From assembly GCA_026396115.1 (NCBI GenBank), contig JAPLXL010000005.1, forward strand, positions 137,316 through 201,315: DNA of 64,000 nucleotides, written 5' to 3'. The position numbers and the translations under genes were made by a program. This DNA comes from Candidatus Nealsonbacteria bacterium (GTDB taxonomy: Bacteria; Patescibacteriota; Minisyncoccia; Minisyncoccales; RBG-13-42-11). The notes under the pieces were generated by a model. The model worked only from the letters and a program-made list of their open reading frames with translations, was not told the origin of the DNA and did not search any database. Shown piece after piece: positions 1 through 8,640 of this stretch; within the stretch, counting starts at the first letter, position 1; every line of letters begins with the position of its first letter.

Positions 1-282
1 ATGGGTCCAATAGGAATAGGTTCTTTGGTTGCTCAAGCTGTTCAGATTGGAGTAAGTTATTTCCTTAATTTTATTGCCATAATTTCCATTTATCTTGCCG
101 TTTTTAATTTATTGCCCATACCGGCTTCGGATGGAGGCAGGTTATTGTTTCTCGGAATTGAAAAGATTAAGGGCAGTCCGGTAAATCAAAAAATTGAAGA
201 GAATATTACTGTCGGATTTTCTGTTTTATTGATTACATTAATGATTTGGGTCACCATTAAAGATATAGTAAGATTATTTTAA
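1..282 (+). CDS. rseP: RIP metalloprotease RseP (M50), C-terminal part; truncated by window start
   Basis: GPIGI...FNLLPIPASDGG motif (NLLPxPxLDGG) and hydrophobic helices; lies upstream of proS. Confidence 0.85.
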   Translation: MGPIGIGSLVAQAVQIGVSYFLNFIAIISIYLAVFNLLPIPASDGGRLLFLGIEKIKGSPVNQKIEENITVGFSVLLITLMIWVTIKDIVRLF

Positions 283-284
283 TT

Positions 285-1538
285 ATGCGACAATCACAAC
301 TTTTTACAAAAACAATTAAAGAAACGCCCAGGGAAGAAATTTCTGTCAATGCTCAACTTCTAATTCGCGCCGGTTTTATTGATAAGTTAATGGCCGGAAT
401 TTATTCCTATCTGCCTTTGGGATTTAGAGTTTTTAAAAAGATTGAAAATATTATTAGGGAAGAAATGAACAGAATCGGTGGACAGGAGGTTTTAATGCCG
501 GCTTTGCATCCCAAAAATTTATGGGAAAAAACTGACAGATGGCAATATCCTGAAATGTTTAAATTAAAAAATAGGGAAGGTAAAGATTATTCTTTAGGCT
601 GGACGCATGAGGAAATTATCACTCCTTTGGTTCAAAAATTTGTTAAGTCATATAAAGATTTGCCAGTTTTTGTTTATCAGATTCAAGATAAGTTTCGAGA
701 CGAATTAAGAGCAAAATCGGGATTGTTGAGGGGGGTGGAATTTATAATGAAAGACCTCTATTCTTTTCATAAGGACGAAAATGATTTGGATGAATATTAT
801 GAGAAAGTAAAAAGAGCTTATTTTAAAATTTTTCAAAGATGCGGAATAAAAAAACAGACCTTTTTGACTTTGGCTTCCGGCGGCGCTTTTTCAGATTATT
901 CTCATGAATTTCAGACGATCACTCCGGCCGGTGAAGATATAATCTATCTTTGCCAAAAATGCAAGATAGCAATTAACAAAGAAATCATTGAAAAAACAAA
1001 ATATCAATGTCCAAACTGCAAAAATAAAGAATTAAAAATTCATAAAGCCATTGAGGTCGGCAATATTTTTCAGTTAGGCGACAGATTTACCCGAGTCTTT
1101 GATTTTCAATTCCGGGACAGAGACGATAAAGAAAAATATCCGGTAATGGGATGTTATGGTATCGGTCCTGGCAGACTAATAGGTGCTATTGTAGAGGTTT
1201 CTCATGATGAAAAAGGGATTATTTGGCCGAAAGAAGTAGCCCCTTTCCAAATTCATTTAATTAAAATTGAGAATAATAAAAAACTTGAAAAAACAGCAGA
1301 AAAAATATATAAAGATTTACAGCAAAACAACATAGAAGTATTATATGATGATAGAGATAAGAGTCCCGGTGAAGAATTTGCCGAAGCCGATTTGATTGGA
1401 ATACCATATAGAATTGTGATAAGCGAAAGAACATTAAAGAATAATTGCGTGGAAATAAAAGAAAGAAGTCGAAAAAAAGCGAGTTTAATAAAAATGAACC
1501 GCTTACTACAATTTTTAAATTCAAAAGTCAATGTTTAG
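285..1538 (+). CDS. proS: Proline--tRNA ligase, short bacterial type without INS editing domain
   Basis: MRQSQLF start, THEE, KFRDELR, IEVGNIFQLG, MGCYGIG, C-terminal anticodon-binding domain. Confidence 0.95.
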   Translation: MRQSQLFTKTIKETPREEISVNAQLLIRAGFIDKLMAGIYSYLPLGFRVFKKIENIIREEMNRIGGQEVLMPALHPKNLWEKTDRWQYPEMFKLKNREGKDYSLGWTHEEIITPLVQKFVKSYKDLPVFVYQIQDKFRDELRAKSGLLRGVEFIMKDLYSFHKDENDLDEYYEKVKRAYFKIFQRCGIKKQTFLTLASGGAFSDYSHEFQTITPAGEDIIYLCQKCKIAINKEIIEKTKYQCPNCKNKELKIHKAIEVGNIFQLGDRFTRVFDFQFRDRDDKEKYPVMGCYGIGPGRLIGAIVEVSHDEKGIIWPKEVAPFQIHLIKIENNKKLEKTAEKIYKDLQQNNIEVLYDDRDKSPGEEFAEADLIGIPYRIVISERTLKNNCVEIKERSRKKASLIKMNRLLQFLNSKVNV

Positions 1539-2583
1539 CAAGTTTTTAAAATTATTTGCTGAAGATATTGCCATTGATTTGGGAACAGCCAATTCTCGTG
1601 TTTATGTTAGAGGCAGGGGAATAGTTATTACCGAACCCTCGGTAGTGGCCGTTAACCAAAAAACCGGTCAGATTTTGGCTATTGGTGAAGAAGCAAAAAA
1701 AATGGTAGGAAGGACTCCGGCCTATATTGTGGCAACCCGACCCCTGGTTTCCGGGGTTATTTCTGATTTTGAGGTAACCGAACAAATGCTCAGATATTTT
1801 ATTGAAAAAGCTCACAAAAAAAGATTTCTTTTAAATCCAAGACCCCGGGTTATTGTTGGCATTCCTTGCGGAGTAACTGAAGTTGAAAGAAAAGCGGTTT
1901 GTGACGCCACTAAAAATGCAGGAGCCAAAGATGTTTTTATTATTGAAGAACCGATGGCCGCAGCCCTTGGCTCTCGTCTACCTATTCAGGAGGCAGGAGG
2001 TAATTTTATTGTTGATATTGGCGGCGGGACAACTGATATTGCCGTAATTTCTTTAGGAGGAATAGTAATATCTAAAACTTTAAGAGTGGCCGGAGATAGA
2101 CTTAATCAAGATGTTATTCAATTTGCCCAAGACAAATATAAATTATTAATTGGAATAAGAACGGCAGAAATGATTAAAATCGGAATAGGATCAGCTTATT
2201 CCTTAAAGGAAAAGAAACAACTTCCAATGCGGGGCAGAAATTTGGTAACCGGTCTTCCTGAAGAAATTTTGGTTTCCAATGAAGACATTAAAACAGCTTT
2301 AGAAAAATCAGTAAAACAAATTGTTAAAGAAATAAAAACGGTTGTAGAAGAAACTCCCCCGGAGTTGCTAGCTGATATTATGGTTTCAGGGATTCAGATG
2401 GTAGGCGGAGGTTCTCTTTTGAAAGGATTAGCTACTTTGATTCAAAAAGAAACAAAAATTCCTACCAAAGTTATTGAAGATCCCACCACAGCTGTTGTCA
2501 GGGGAGCAGGAATGGTGCTTGAAAATCTTGATCAATTACAAGAGGTATTAGTTGAAATCGAAGATTTAGAGCTGCCAAAATAG
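1531..2583 (+). CDS. mreB: Rod shape-determining protein MreB
   Basis: IAIDLGTAN, EPSVVA, IEEPMAAA, VDIGGGTTD motifs. Confidence 0.95.
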   Translation: MFSKFLKLFAEDIAIDLGTANSRVYVRGRGIVITEPSVVAVNQKTGQILAIGEEAKKMVGRTPAYIVATRPLVSGVISDFEVTEQMLRYFIEKAHKKRFLLNPRPRVIVGIPCGVTEVERKAVCDATKNAGAKDVFIIEEPMAAALGSRLPIQEAGGNFIVDIGGGTTDIAVISLGGIVISKTLRVAGDRLNQDVIQFAQDKYKLLIGIRTAEMIKIGIGSAYSLKEKKQLPMRGRNLVTGLPEEILVSNEDIKTALEKSVKQIVKEIKTVVEETPPELLADIMVSGIQMVGGGSLLKGLATLIQKETKIPTKVIEDPTTAVVRGAGMVLENLDQLQEVLVEIEDLELPK

Positions 2584-2638
2584 GCGAAGAGGACTTCGTC
2601 CTCTTCTTTACCTTCGCCCGCCAAGGGCGGGCTCGGTA
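2581..2638 (-). mobile_element. Double-hairpin element copy filling the mreB-gatC spacer
   Basis: TAGGCGAAGAGGACTTCGTCCTCTTC...GCCCGCCAAGGGCGGGCTCGGTA; TA at both ends; begins with the mreB TAG stop. Confidence 0.85.
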
Positions 2639-2639
2639 T

Positions 2640-2930
2640 ATGATTACAAAAAAAGAGTTGCGACGTATCGCAAAATTAGCCAGACTCAGTATAACCAAAG
2701 ATGAGGAAGAGAGGTTTACAAAGGAGCTTTCTTCGATTTTGAATTATGTTGAAAAGTTAAAAGAAGCAGATGTTTCCGGGGTTGAGCCAACCAGTCATCC
2801 ATTTGGTGTTGAAAACGTGATGAGGAGTGATAAAAATAAAAAATTTGCGAAGTCAAAAAAATTATTAGAATTGGCGCCGGAAACCAAAGACGGTTATTTA
2901 AAAGTAAAGTCAATCTTTGAAATAAATTGA
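2640..2930 (+). CDS. gatC: Asp/Glu-tRNA amidotransferase subunit C
   Basis: IAKLARL, ILNYVEKL, VEPTSH, LAPETKDGYLKV; precedes gatA. Confidence 0.93.
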   Translation: MITKKELRRIAKLARLSITKDEEERFTKELSSILNYVEKLKEADVSGVEPTSHPFGVENVMRSDKNKKFAKSKKLLELAPETKDGYLKVKSIFEIN

Positions 2931-3003
2931 AAATTTATTGAAAAGTGAAATGAATTGAAAATTCATTGAACTCAAAGGAGAAATGAATCGAAGATTCATT
3001 GAA
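2918..3003 (+). repeat. Three tandem AT-rich hairpin units (variant of stem-loop 2 of the element family)
   Basis: GAAATAAATTGAAAATTTATTGAA / GAAATGAATTGAAAATTCATTGAA / GAAATGAATCGAAGATTCATTGAA with compensatory stem changes. Confidence 0.75.
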
Positions 3004-3020
3004 CTTTTAGAAGTTGGTTA

Positions 3021-4508
3021 ATGGAACTTACAAATCTCACCATCGCTCAAATACATCAGGGTTTAATAAAAAAAGATTTTTCTGCTTCTGAACTTTGTAA
3101 AACTTTTTTAGATAAGATTAAAGAAAAAAATAAGGAAATTTTTGCCTTTCTGCAGGTTTGCGAAGATTTAGCCTTATCAAAAGCAAAAGAGATTGATGAT
3201 ATGATTTTGGCGGGATACGAGATTCCTTTATTGGCCGGTGTACCTTCGGCTATCAAAGATAATATTTTAGTTGAAAATATTCCTTGTACGGCAGGTTCAA
3301 AAATCCTTGAAGATTATATAGCTCCCTATGATGCCAGAGTGGTTAAGAAACTTAAAGATCAAGGAGTGGTAATTTTAGGAAAAACCAATTTGGATGAGTT
3401 TGCCATGGGTTCTTCTACGGAAAATTCGGCTTTTGGACCGACTCGCAATCCCCTTGATTTAACCAGGGTTCCCGGCGGGTCTTCCGGTGGTTCGGCTGCG
3501 GCCGTGGCAGCCAGATTATCTGTTTTTACATTAGGTTCAGATACCGGAGGTTCAATAAGACAGCCTTCTTCTTTTTGCGGAGTAGTTGGTTTAAAACCAA
3601 CCTATGGCGCAGTATCACGTTATGGGTTAATTGCTTTCGCTTCTTCTTTAGACCAAATAGGCCCTATTGCCAAGACCGTAGAGGACTGCCAGATTGTTTT
3701 TAATGCCATAAAAGGTAAAGATGAAATGGATTCAACCAGTGTGGAGGTTTCAAAAATTGAAAATTATAGGTCAAAGAGGCGTGCCTCTTCTTCACCTCCG
3801 CTGCGGCGTTCGGTAATTGAAAATTTATGCATTGGTGTTCCTAAAGAATATTTTGTCAAAGGTATTAATCCTGAAGTGGAGAGGGTAATTAAGCTAGCAA
3901 TTAAAAAATATGAGGAGATGGGCGCTTATATCAAGGAAATTAGCTTACCGCACACAGAATATGCTTTACCTTGCTATGCCGTAATTTCTTGCCCCGAGGC
4001 CTCGGCAAATCTGGCAAGGTATGACGCCATTAAATATGGTGAAATAAAAAATAAAAAATTAAAAATAAAAAGTTTATTTGATTATTATTTAATTGCCAGA
4101 GGAGAAGGTTTTGGAGCAGAGGTAAGAAGAAGGATAATGTTGGGAACTTATGCCTTGTCTGCGGGCTATTACGAAGCTTACTATTTAAGAGCTCAAAAGA
4201 TAAGAACTTTAATAAAAAATGATTTTGAAAGAGCTTTTAAAGAAGTTGATCTAATTTTTGCCCCGGTTTCTCCTTTCTTACCGTTTAAAATTGGAGAAAG
4301 AATTAATGATCCTCTTTCAATGTATTTGTCTGATATTTATACTGTCTCTGTTAATTTAGTCGGATTTCCCGCTCTTTCTCTGCCAATAGGCAAAGCAGCC
4401 CCCCTTCAAAATGGTGGTGATGGGTTGCCGGTTGGCCTCCAAATTATTGGAAAACCTTTTGAGGAAGATAAAATTTTAGAAATAGGAAAATTATATGCCA
4501 GCAATTGA
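3021..4508 (+). CDS. gatA: Asp/Glu-tRNA amidotransferase subunit A
   Basis: Amidase signature [31 protein letters not shown]. Confidence 0.96.
   Translation: MELTNLTIAQIHQGLIKKDFSASELCKTFLDKIKEKNKEIFAFLQVCEDLALSKAKEIDDMILAGYEIPLLAGVPSAIKDNILVENIPCTAGSKILEDYIAPYDARVVKKLKDQGVVILGKTNLDEFAMGSSTENSAFGPTRNPLDLTRVPGGSSGGSAAAVAARLSVFTLGSDTGGSIRQPSSFCGVVGLKPTYGAVSRYGLIAFASSLDQIGPIAKTVEDCQIVFNAIKGKDEMDSTSVEVSKIENYRSKRRASSSPPLRRSVIENLCIGVPKEYFVKGINPEVERVIKLAIKKYEEMGAYIKEISLPHTEYALPCYAVISCPEASANLARYDAIKYGEIKNKKLKIKSLFDYYLIARGEGFGAEVRRRIMLGTYALSAGYYEAYYLRAQKIRTLIKNDFERAFKEVDLIFAPVSPFLPFKIGERINDPLSMYLSDIYTVSVNLVGFPALSLPIGKAAPLQNGGDGLPVGLQIIGKPFEEDKILEIGKLYASN
3767..3815 (-). mobile_element. Double-hairpin element copy, in frame in gatA
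   Basis: TAGGTCAAAGAGGCGTGCCTCTTCTTCACCTCCGCTGCGGCGTTCGGTA; flanked by AATTGAAAATT repeats at 3755 and 3815 (60 bp apart). Confidence 0.8.
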
Positions 4509-5025
4509 AAACTTTCCTGAAAGTTTAATATCATTTTTTATTTCTCCGTCTTTTACCGATTGGCTGTTAATTATTAAAATTATTTTTATAGTTTTGTCTT
4601 TGCTGTTCATCTGTTTTATTATTTTTGCGCTTATGAAAACTTCTTGGTTAAAGTTTCGTTTTTCATATGATGTAGTTGAACTTTTAACTTATCGACCGTT
4701 TGGAGTTAGAATAATGGAAAAAAGTTGGAAAAAAATTGCAGCAAGAATAGATACGGGCTTAGAGTCAGAATATAAATTGGCAGTAATTGAGGCGGATAAT
4801 ATGATGAATGATACATTAAAAAGAATGGGATATGGGGGAGAAAGTTTAGGGGAGAGGTTAGAAAAGTTAACCGCAGCCACTCTTCCTGATATTGAAGGAA
4901 TTAGAGAGGTCCATCAAGTCCGCAATAATATTATTCATGATCCTAATTATAAATTATCTTTGAATGATACAAGAAGATTGTTAGACATTTTTGAGAAAGC
5001 ATTTAAAGATTTGGAAGCTTTTTAA
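4495..5025 (+). CDS. Hypothetical membrane-anchored protein (CPR-type)
   Basis: One TM helix; KLAVIEAD...GESLGERL...[11 protein letters not shown] (RNxxxH, HEPN-like). Confidence 0.65.
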   Translation: MPAIENFPESLISFFISPSFTDWLLIIKIIFIVLSLLFICFIIFALMKTSWLKFRFSYDVVELLTYRPFGVRIMEKSWKKIAARIDTGLESEYKLAVIEADNMMNDTLKRMGYGGESLGERLEKLTAATLPDIEGIREVHQVRNNIIHDPNYKLSLNDTRRLLDIFEKAFKDLEAF

Positions 5026-5027
5026 TC

Positions 5028-5055
5028 TTGATTTTTTTTAAAAATAGAATATAAT
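5028..5055 (+). promoter_or_regulatory. Putative sigma70 promoter of the tRNA cluster
   Basis: TTGATT-16 bp-TATAAT ending 5 bp before the first tRNA. Confidence 0.55.
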
Positions 5056-5060
5056 GATAT

Positions 5061-5131
5061 CGCGGCGTGGAGGAGTAGTACCTTGCGAGGCCCATAACCT
5101 CGAGACCCCTGTGCAATTCAGGGCGCCGCAA
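5061..5131 (+). tRNA. tRNA-fMet (CAT), initiator
   Basis: CGCGGCG/CGCCGCA acceptor with C1:A72 mismatch; anticodon arm CGAGG-CCCATAA-CCTCG; T arm CCCTG-TGCAATT-CAGGG. Confidence 0.85.
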
Positions 5132-5139
5132 CAAATTTC

Positions 5140-5215
5140 GCCGGCGTAGCTCAGCGGTAGTAGCAGGGTCTTCATAAGGCCAAGGTCACAGGTTCGAGTC
5201 CTGTCGCCGGCACCA
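5140..5215 (+). tRNA. tRNA-Met (CAT), elongator; Ile2 not excluded
   Basis: GCCGGCG/CGCCGGC acceptor, TTCATAA loop, GGTTCGAGTCC T arm, encoded CCA. Confidence 0.85.
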
Positions 5216-5216
5216 T

Positions 5217-5295
5217 GCGGGTGTAGCTTAGTCCGGTTAAAAGCGCTGCCCTGTCACGGCAGAGATCGTGGGTTCAAATCCCATCGCCCGCGCCA
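5217..5295 (+). tRNA. tRNA-Asp (GTC)
   Basis: CTGCC-CTGTCAC-GGCAG anticodon arm, GGTTCAAATCC, G73, encoded CCA. Confidence 0.92.
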
Positions 5296-5300
5296 AATTT

Positions 5301-5328
5301 CCCTCCCATTTTGATGGGCGGGTTTTTT
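5301..5328 (+). terminator. Intrinsic terminator after the tRNA cluster
   Basis: CCCTCCCAT-TTTG-ATGGGCGGG hairpin followed by T tract. Confidence 0.65.
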
Positions 5329-5393
5329 GTCCGGTTATCCCCAGTTTTCAACTTGAAATCAGGATAAAATTAAGTTATAATTAATATATAACT

Positions 5394-6416
5394 ATGACCA
5401 AAATGAATCTAAAATTACTCAAAAATCGGGCGAAGGAAGAGATAGAAAAAGTTAAAGATTTAAAAGAATTAAACGAGATTTTTAATAAGTATCTGGGTAA
5501 AAAAGAAGAGCTTGCTTTAATTTTGCGCTCTTTAGAAAGACTTCCCAAAACCAAAAGAATGAAGATCGGAAAGAGCGCAAATGAACTTAAAAATTTTCTC
5601 AAGATTGAGTTTGAGAAAAAATCTCAAGAAATAAAAGAAAAAATTCAGAAAGAAGCTGAAGAAAAAGAGTGGATTGACATTACGGTTCCGGGGGAAAAGC
5701 CTGTTTTGGGCCATTTGCATCCTTTAACCATTGCTAAAAGAAAAGTTGAAGAAATTTTTCAAGTAATGGGTTTTTCTATAATTGAGGGACCGGATATAGA
5801 AACAGAGTGGTATAACTTTGATGCCCTAAATATACCAAAAGAGCATCCGGCCAGAGATATTTGGGACACTTTCTATCTTAAAAATGGATTATTGTTGCGA
5901 ACTCACACCAGTCCGGTGCAGATTCGTCATATGGAAAAAAACAATCCTCCTTTAAGAATAATTGTTCCTGGAAGCGTTTTCAGGCACGAAGCAACCGATC
6001 CTTCCCATGAGTTCCAACATTATCAGATTGAAGGACTAATGGTTGATAAGAGAATTTCAGTAGCTAATTTAAAAGCCATTATCGGAGAGTTTTTCCGCAG
6101 ATTTTTTGAAAAAGACGTTAAGTTTCGATTAAAACCGGATTATTTCCCATTTACCGAACCCTCTTTTGATATTGGTATAAGCTGTGTTATATGCAACGGT
6201 AAAGGATGCTCTGTTTGTAAAAAAAGCGGTTGGCTTGAAGTGGCCGGAGCCGGCATGGTTCACCCCAATGTTTTTAAAGCTTCGGGTTTAATTCCCAAAG
6301 ATTGGCAGGGGTGGGCATTCGGTTTTGGCTTAGAAAGATTAGCTATGCTTAAATACAAAATTAACGATATCAGGTTATTTCGTTCCGGCGATTTAAGATT
6401 CCTCACCCAATTTTAA
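5394..6416 (+). CDS. pheS: Phenylalanine--tRNA ligase alpha subunit
   Basis: HLHP, NFDALNIP..HPAR, LRTHTSPVQ, YFPFTEPS, GAGMVHP, FGFGLERL. Confidence 0.97.
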   Translation: MTKMNLKLLKNRAKEEIEKVKDLKELNEIFNKYLGKKEELALILRSLERLPKTKRMKIGKSANELKNFLKIEFEKKSQEIKEKIQKEAEEKEWIDITVPGEKPVLGHLHPLTIAKRKVEEIFQVMGFSIIEGPDIETEWYNFDALNIPKEHPARDIWDTFYLKNGLLLRTHTSPVQIRHMEKNNPPLRIIVPGSVFRHEATDPSHEFQHYQIEGLMVDKRISVANLKAIIGEFFRRFFEKDVKFRLKPDYFPFTEPSFDIGISCVICNGKGCSVCKKSGWLEVAGAGMVHPNVFKASGLIPKDWQGWAFGFGLERLAMLKYKINDIRLFRSGDLRFLTQF

Positions 6417-6422
6417 AATTGT

Positions 6423-8636
6423 ATGGTATTTTCCTACAATTGGTTACAATCATTTTTTCAAAAAAGACTACCTACTCCTCAAAGATTAGCTGAGCTCTTG
6501 ACTCTTCACTTTGCTGAAGTTGAAGAAATAAAGAAGGTTGGTAGCGACTTTGCTTTAAATATTGATGTCAGGCCCAACCGGGCTTCCGATTGTTTTTCCC
6601 ATATGGGAATTGCCAGAGAAATTTCAGCAATTTGCGGTTTAAAATATCAGAATTTACCCAGTAAATTTAGAGAATTAAAAAACAAAAAAGCTAAAGATTT
6701 TGTTTCAGTAAAATTCAATGAATTTCCAATTCATTTCACCGTGGAGGTAAAAAATAAGAGAGCCTGCCCTCGCTACAGTGCCAAAGTAATCACTGACGTT
6801 AAAGTAGGTCCCTCACCAAAATGGATACAAGATAAATTAAAAGTCTGTGGTTTGAGACCGATCAATAATATTGTTGATATTGCTAATTATGTAATGCTGG
6901 AGACCGGTCAACCCCTACATGCTTTTGATGGTCAAAAGCTTGAAGGTAGAAAAATTATTGTCAGATTCGCCAAGGAAAGGGAAAAGATTATTACTCTGGA
7001 TGAAGAAAAGTATGATTTAGATGAAAATATTTTGGTCATCGCCGATGTTAAAAAACCAGTAGCCATTGCCGGAATTAAAGGCGGAAAACTTCCAGAAATT
7101 GATAAGAAAACAAAAATAGTGGTTTTGGAGTCAGCCAACTTTAATCCTCAAGTTATAAGAAAAGGTTCTAAAAAATTAAATCTCAAAACCGATGCTTCTT
7201 TAAGGTTTGAGCACGGCATAGATCCTAATCTGACAGAATTTGCAATAAATAGGGCAGCTTTTTTAATTCAAAAAATTGCTGAAGGTAAGGTTAGTTACGG
7301 ACTTGTTGATGTTTATAATAAAAAGGTTTTGCCGCAGAGAATCAAATTAGATTTAAATTATGTTGAGAAACTGCTCGGAGTAAAAGTTCCAAAAAAAGAA
7401 ATTAAAAACATTCTAAAAAAGCTGGGATTTCAATGTAAATCTACCAGAGATTCTTATGACGAAGAGGATAAATCCTCTTCTTTACCCTTCGCTGCGGCTT
7501 GGGTTATTGAGGTGCTGGTTCCGACTCGGAGATTAGATATAAGCATTCAGGAAGATTTAATTGAGGAGATAGGCAGAATTTATGGTTATGATAAAATTCC
7601 TTGTACTTCTCCAATATCTTCTTTGTTTCTGCCCCAAAAGAATTTAAATATTTTCTGGGAAGATTTTACCAAAAATATTTTAAAAGAAGCCGGATTTACT
7701 GAAGTTTATAACTATTCATTTTTTGGGGAAGAAGAAGCTAAACTTTTCGGATACCGAGCTTCCGAAGGAAGCGAGGGGGAAGAAAAGGACGAAGTCCTCT
7801 TCGCCCATAAAGAAGAAGAATTAATAGAAGTAGAAAATCCTTTAAGTCAAGAATATAAATATCTAAGGGCTAGTTTAATTCCTAATTTGTTAAAAAATGT
7901 TGAAAAAAATCAAAGATACTTTCCCGAAATGAAAATTTTTGAATTAGGAAAAATTTTCCAACCTCCCGAGCAACAGCGAAGGGGGAAGAAGAAGATTTAT
8001 CTTCTTCGCCCTCCGAAATCTGAAAATAGAATACTTGTTGGAGTAATTACAGGCGACGCTTTTTATGAAGTAAAAGGCGTAGTCGATTTACTTTTAAATA
8101 AATTAGGAATAGCTAATATTTGTAGGTATGATGAATATCCGAATGAATTAAAAAAATCAAAAACCTTCTGGCTACATCCACAAAAATGTGCTGAAATTAA
8201 GGTTGATCACCAAAAAATTGGTCTTTTGGGAGAAGTTTCTCCAAAAATTCTGAGCAGATTGGATATAAAAGAGAGAACGGTTTTGTTCGATATTGATTTT
8301 GAAAAACTTTCTCAATTGGCTTCAGAAGAACATGAATACCGGCCGATTTCTAAATTCCCGTCAGCCGTCAGAGATATAGCGGTTTTAGTCTCGAGAAATG
8401 TAAAAATAGCAGAAGTTCTAAATAAAATTTATGATACTGGCGGAAAGATAATTCGGGATGTTGACCTCTTTGATATTTACGAGGGAGAGGAGATTCCTGC
8501 AGGGAAAAAGAATTTGGCTTTTCATATAATTTATCAGGCCCAGGATCGAACCTTATCTTCGGAAGAGATAGATGAATTACAAAATAAAATAATTAAAATT
8601 CTGGAAAAAAATCCAGAGTGGACTGTGAGAAAATAG
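6423..8636 (+). CDS. pheT: Phenylalanine--tRNA ligase beta subunit, lacking B2 domain, with four element-derived insertions
   Basis: PNRASDCFS, RPINNIVDIANYVMLETGQPLHAFD, DLIEEIGRIYGY, C-terminal FDX-ACB domain. Confidence 0.95.
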   Translation: MVFSYNWLQSFFQKRLPTPQRLAELLTLHFAEVEEIKKVGSDFALNIDVRPNRASDCFSHMGIAREISAICGLKYQNLPSKFRELKNKKAKDFVSVKFNEFPIHFTVEVKNKRACPRYSAKVITDVKVGPSPKWIQDKLKVCGLRPINNIVDIANYVMLETGQPLHAFDGQKLEGRKIIVRFAKEREKIITLDEEKYDLDENILVIADVKKPVAIAGIKGGKLPEIDKKTKIVVLESANFNPQVIRKGSKKLNLKTDASLRFEHGIDPNLTEFAINRAAFLIQKIAEGKVSYGLVDVYNKKVLPQRIKLDLNYVEKLLGVKVPKKEIKNILKKLGFQCKSTRDSYDEEDKSSSLPFAAAWVIEVLVPTRRLDISIQEDLIEEIGRIYGYDKIPCTSPISSLFLPQKNLNIFWEDFTKNILKEAGFTEVYNYSFFGEEEAKLFGYRASEGSEGEEKDEVLFAHKEEELIEVENPLSQEYKYLRASLIPNLLKNVEKNQRYFPEMKIFELGKIFQPPEQQRRGKKKIYLLRPPKSENRILVGVITGDAFYEVKGVVDLLLNKLGIANICRYDEYPNELKKSKTFWLHPQKCAEIKVDHQKIGLLGEVSPKILSRLDIKERTVLFDIDFEKLSQLASEEHEYRPISKFPSAVRDIAVLVSRNVKIAEVLNKIYDTGGKIIRDVDLFDIYEGEEIPAGKKNLAFHIIYQAQDRTLSSEEIDELQNKIIKILEKNPEWTVRK
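6714..6740 (-). mobile_element. AT-variant element fragment, in frame in pheT (FNEFPIHFT)
   Basis: Reverse complement GGTGAAATGAATTGGAAATTCATTGAA matches copies at 2945 and 54022. Confidence 0.7.
7455..7506 (-). mobile_element. Double-hairpin element copy, in frame in pheT (YDEEDKSSSLPFAAAWV)
   Basis: GACGAAGAGGATAAATCCTCTTCTTTACCCTTCGCTGCGGCTTGGGTT. Confidence 0.85.
7752..7807 (+). mobile_element. Double-hairpin element copy, in frame in pheT (RASEGSEGEEKDEVLFAH)
   Basis: TACCGAGCTTCCGAAGGAAGCGAGGGGGAAGAAAAGGACGAAGTCCTCTTCGCCCA. Confidence 0.9.
7965..8010 (+). mobile_element. Double-hairpin element copy, in frame in pheT (EQQRRGKKKIYLLR)
   Basis: CCCGAGCAACAGCGAAGGGGGAAGAAGAAGATTTATCTTCTTCGCC; CCTCC repeats at 7962 and 8010. 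Confidence 0.85.
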
Positions 8637-8640
8637 AATT

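Noticed and set aside
2918-3003. Tandem hairpin units as a CRISPR array
   Set aside because: Units are nearly adjacent without unique spacers, only three, no cas genes, and the unit is dispersed elsewhere.
4396-4422. AAPLQNGG segment in the gatA C-terminus as another element copy
   Set aside because: Possibly a small insertion, but it lacks the linker and a convincing hairpin.
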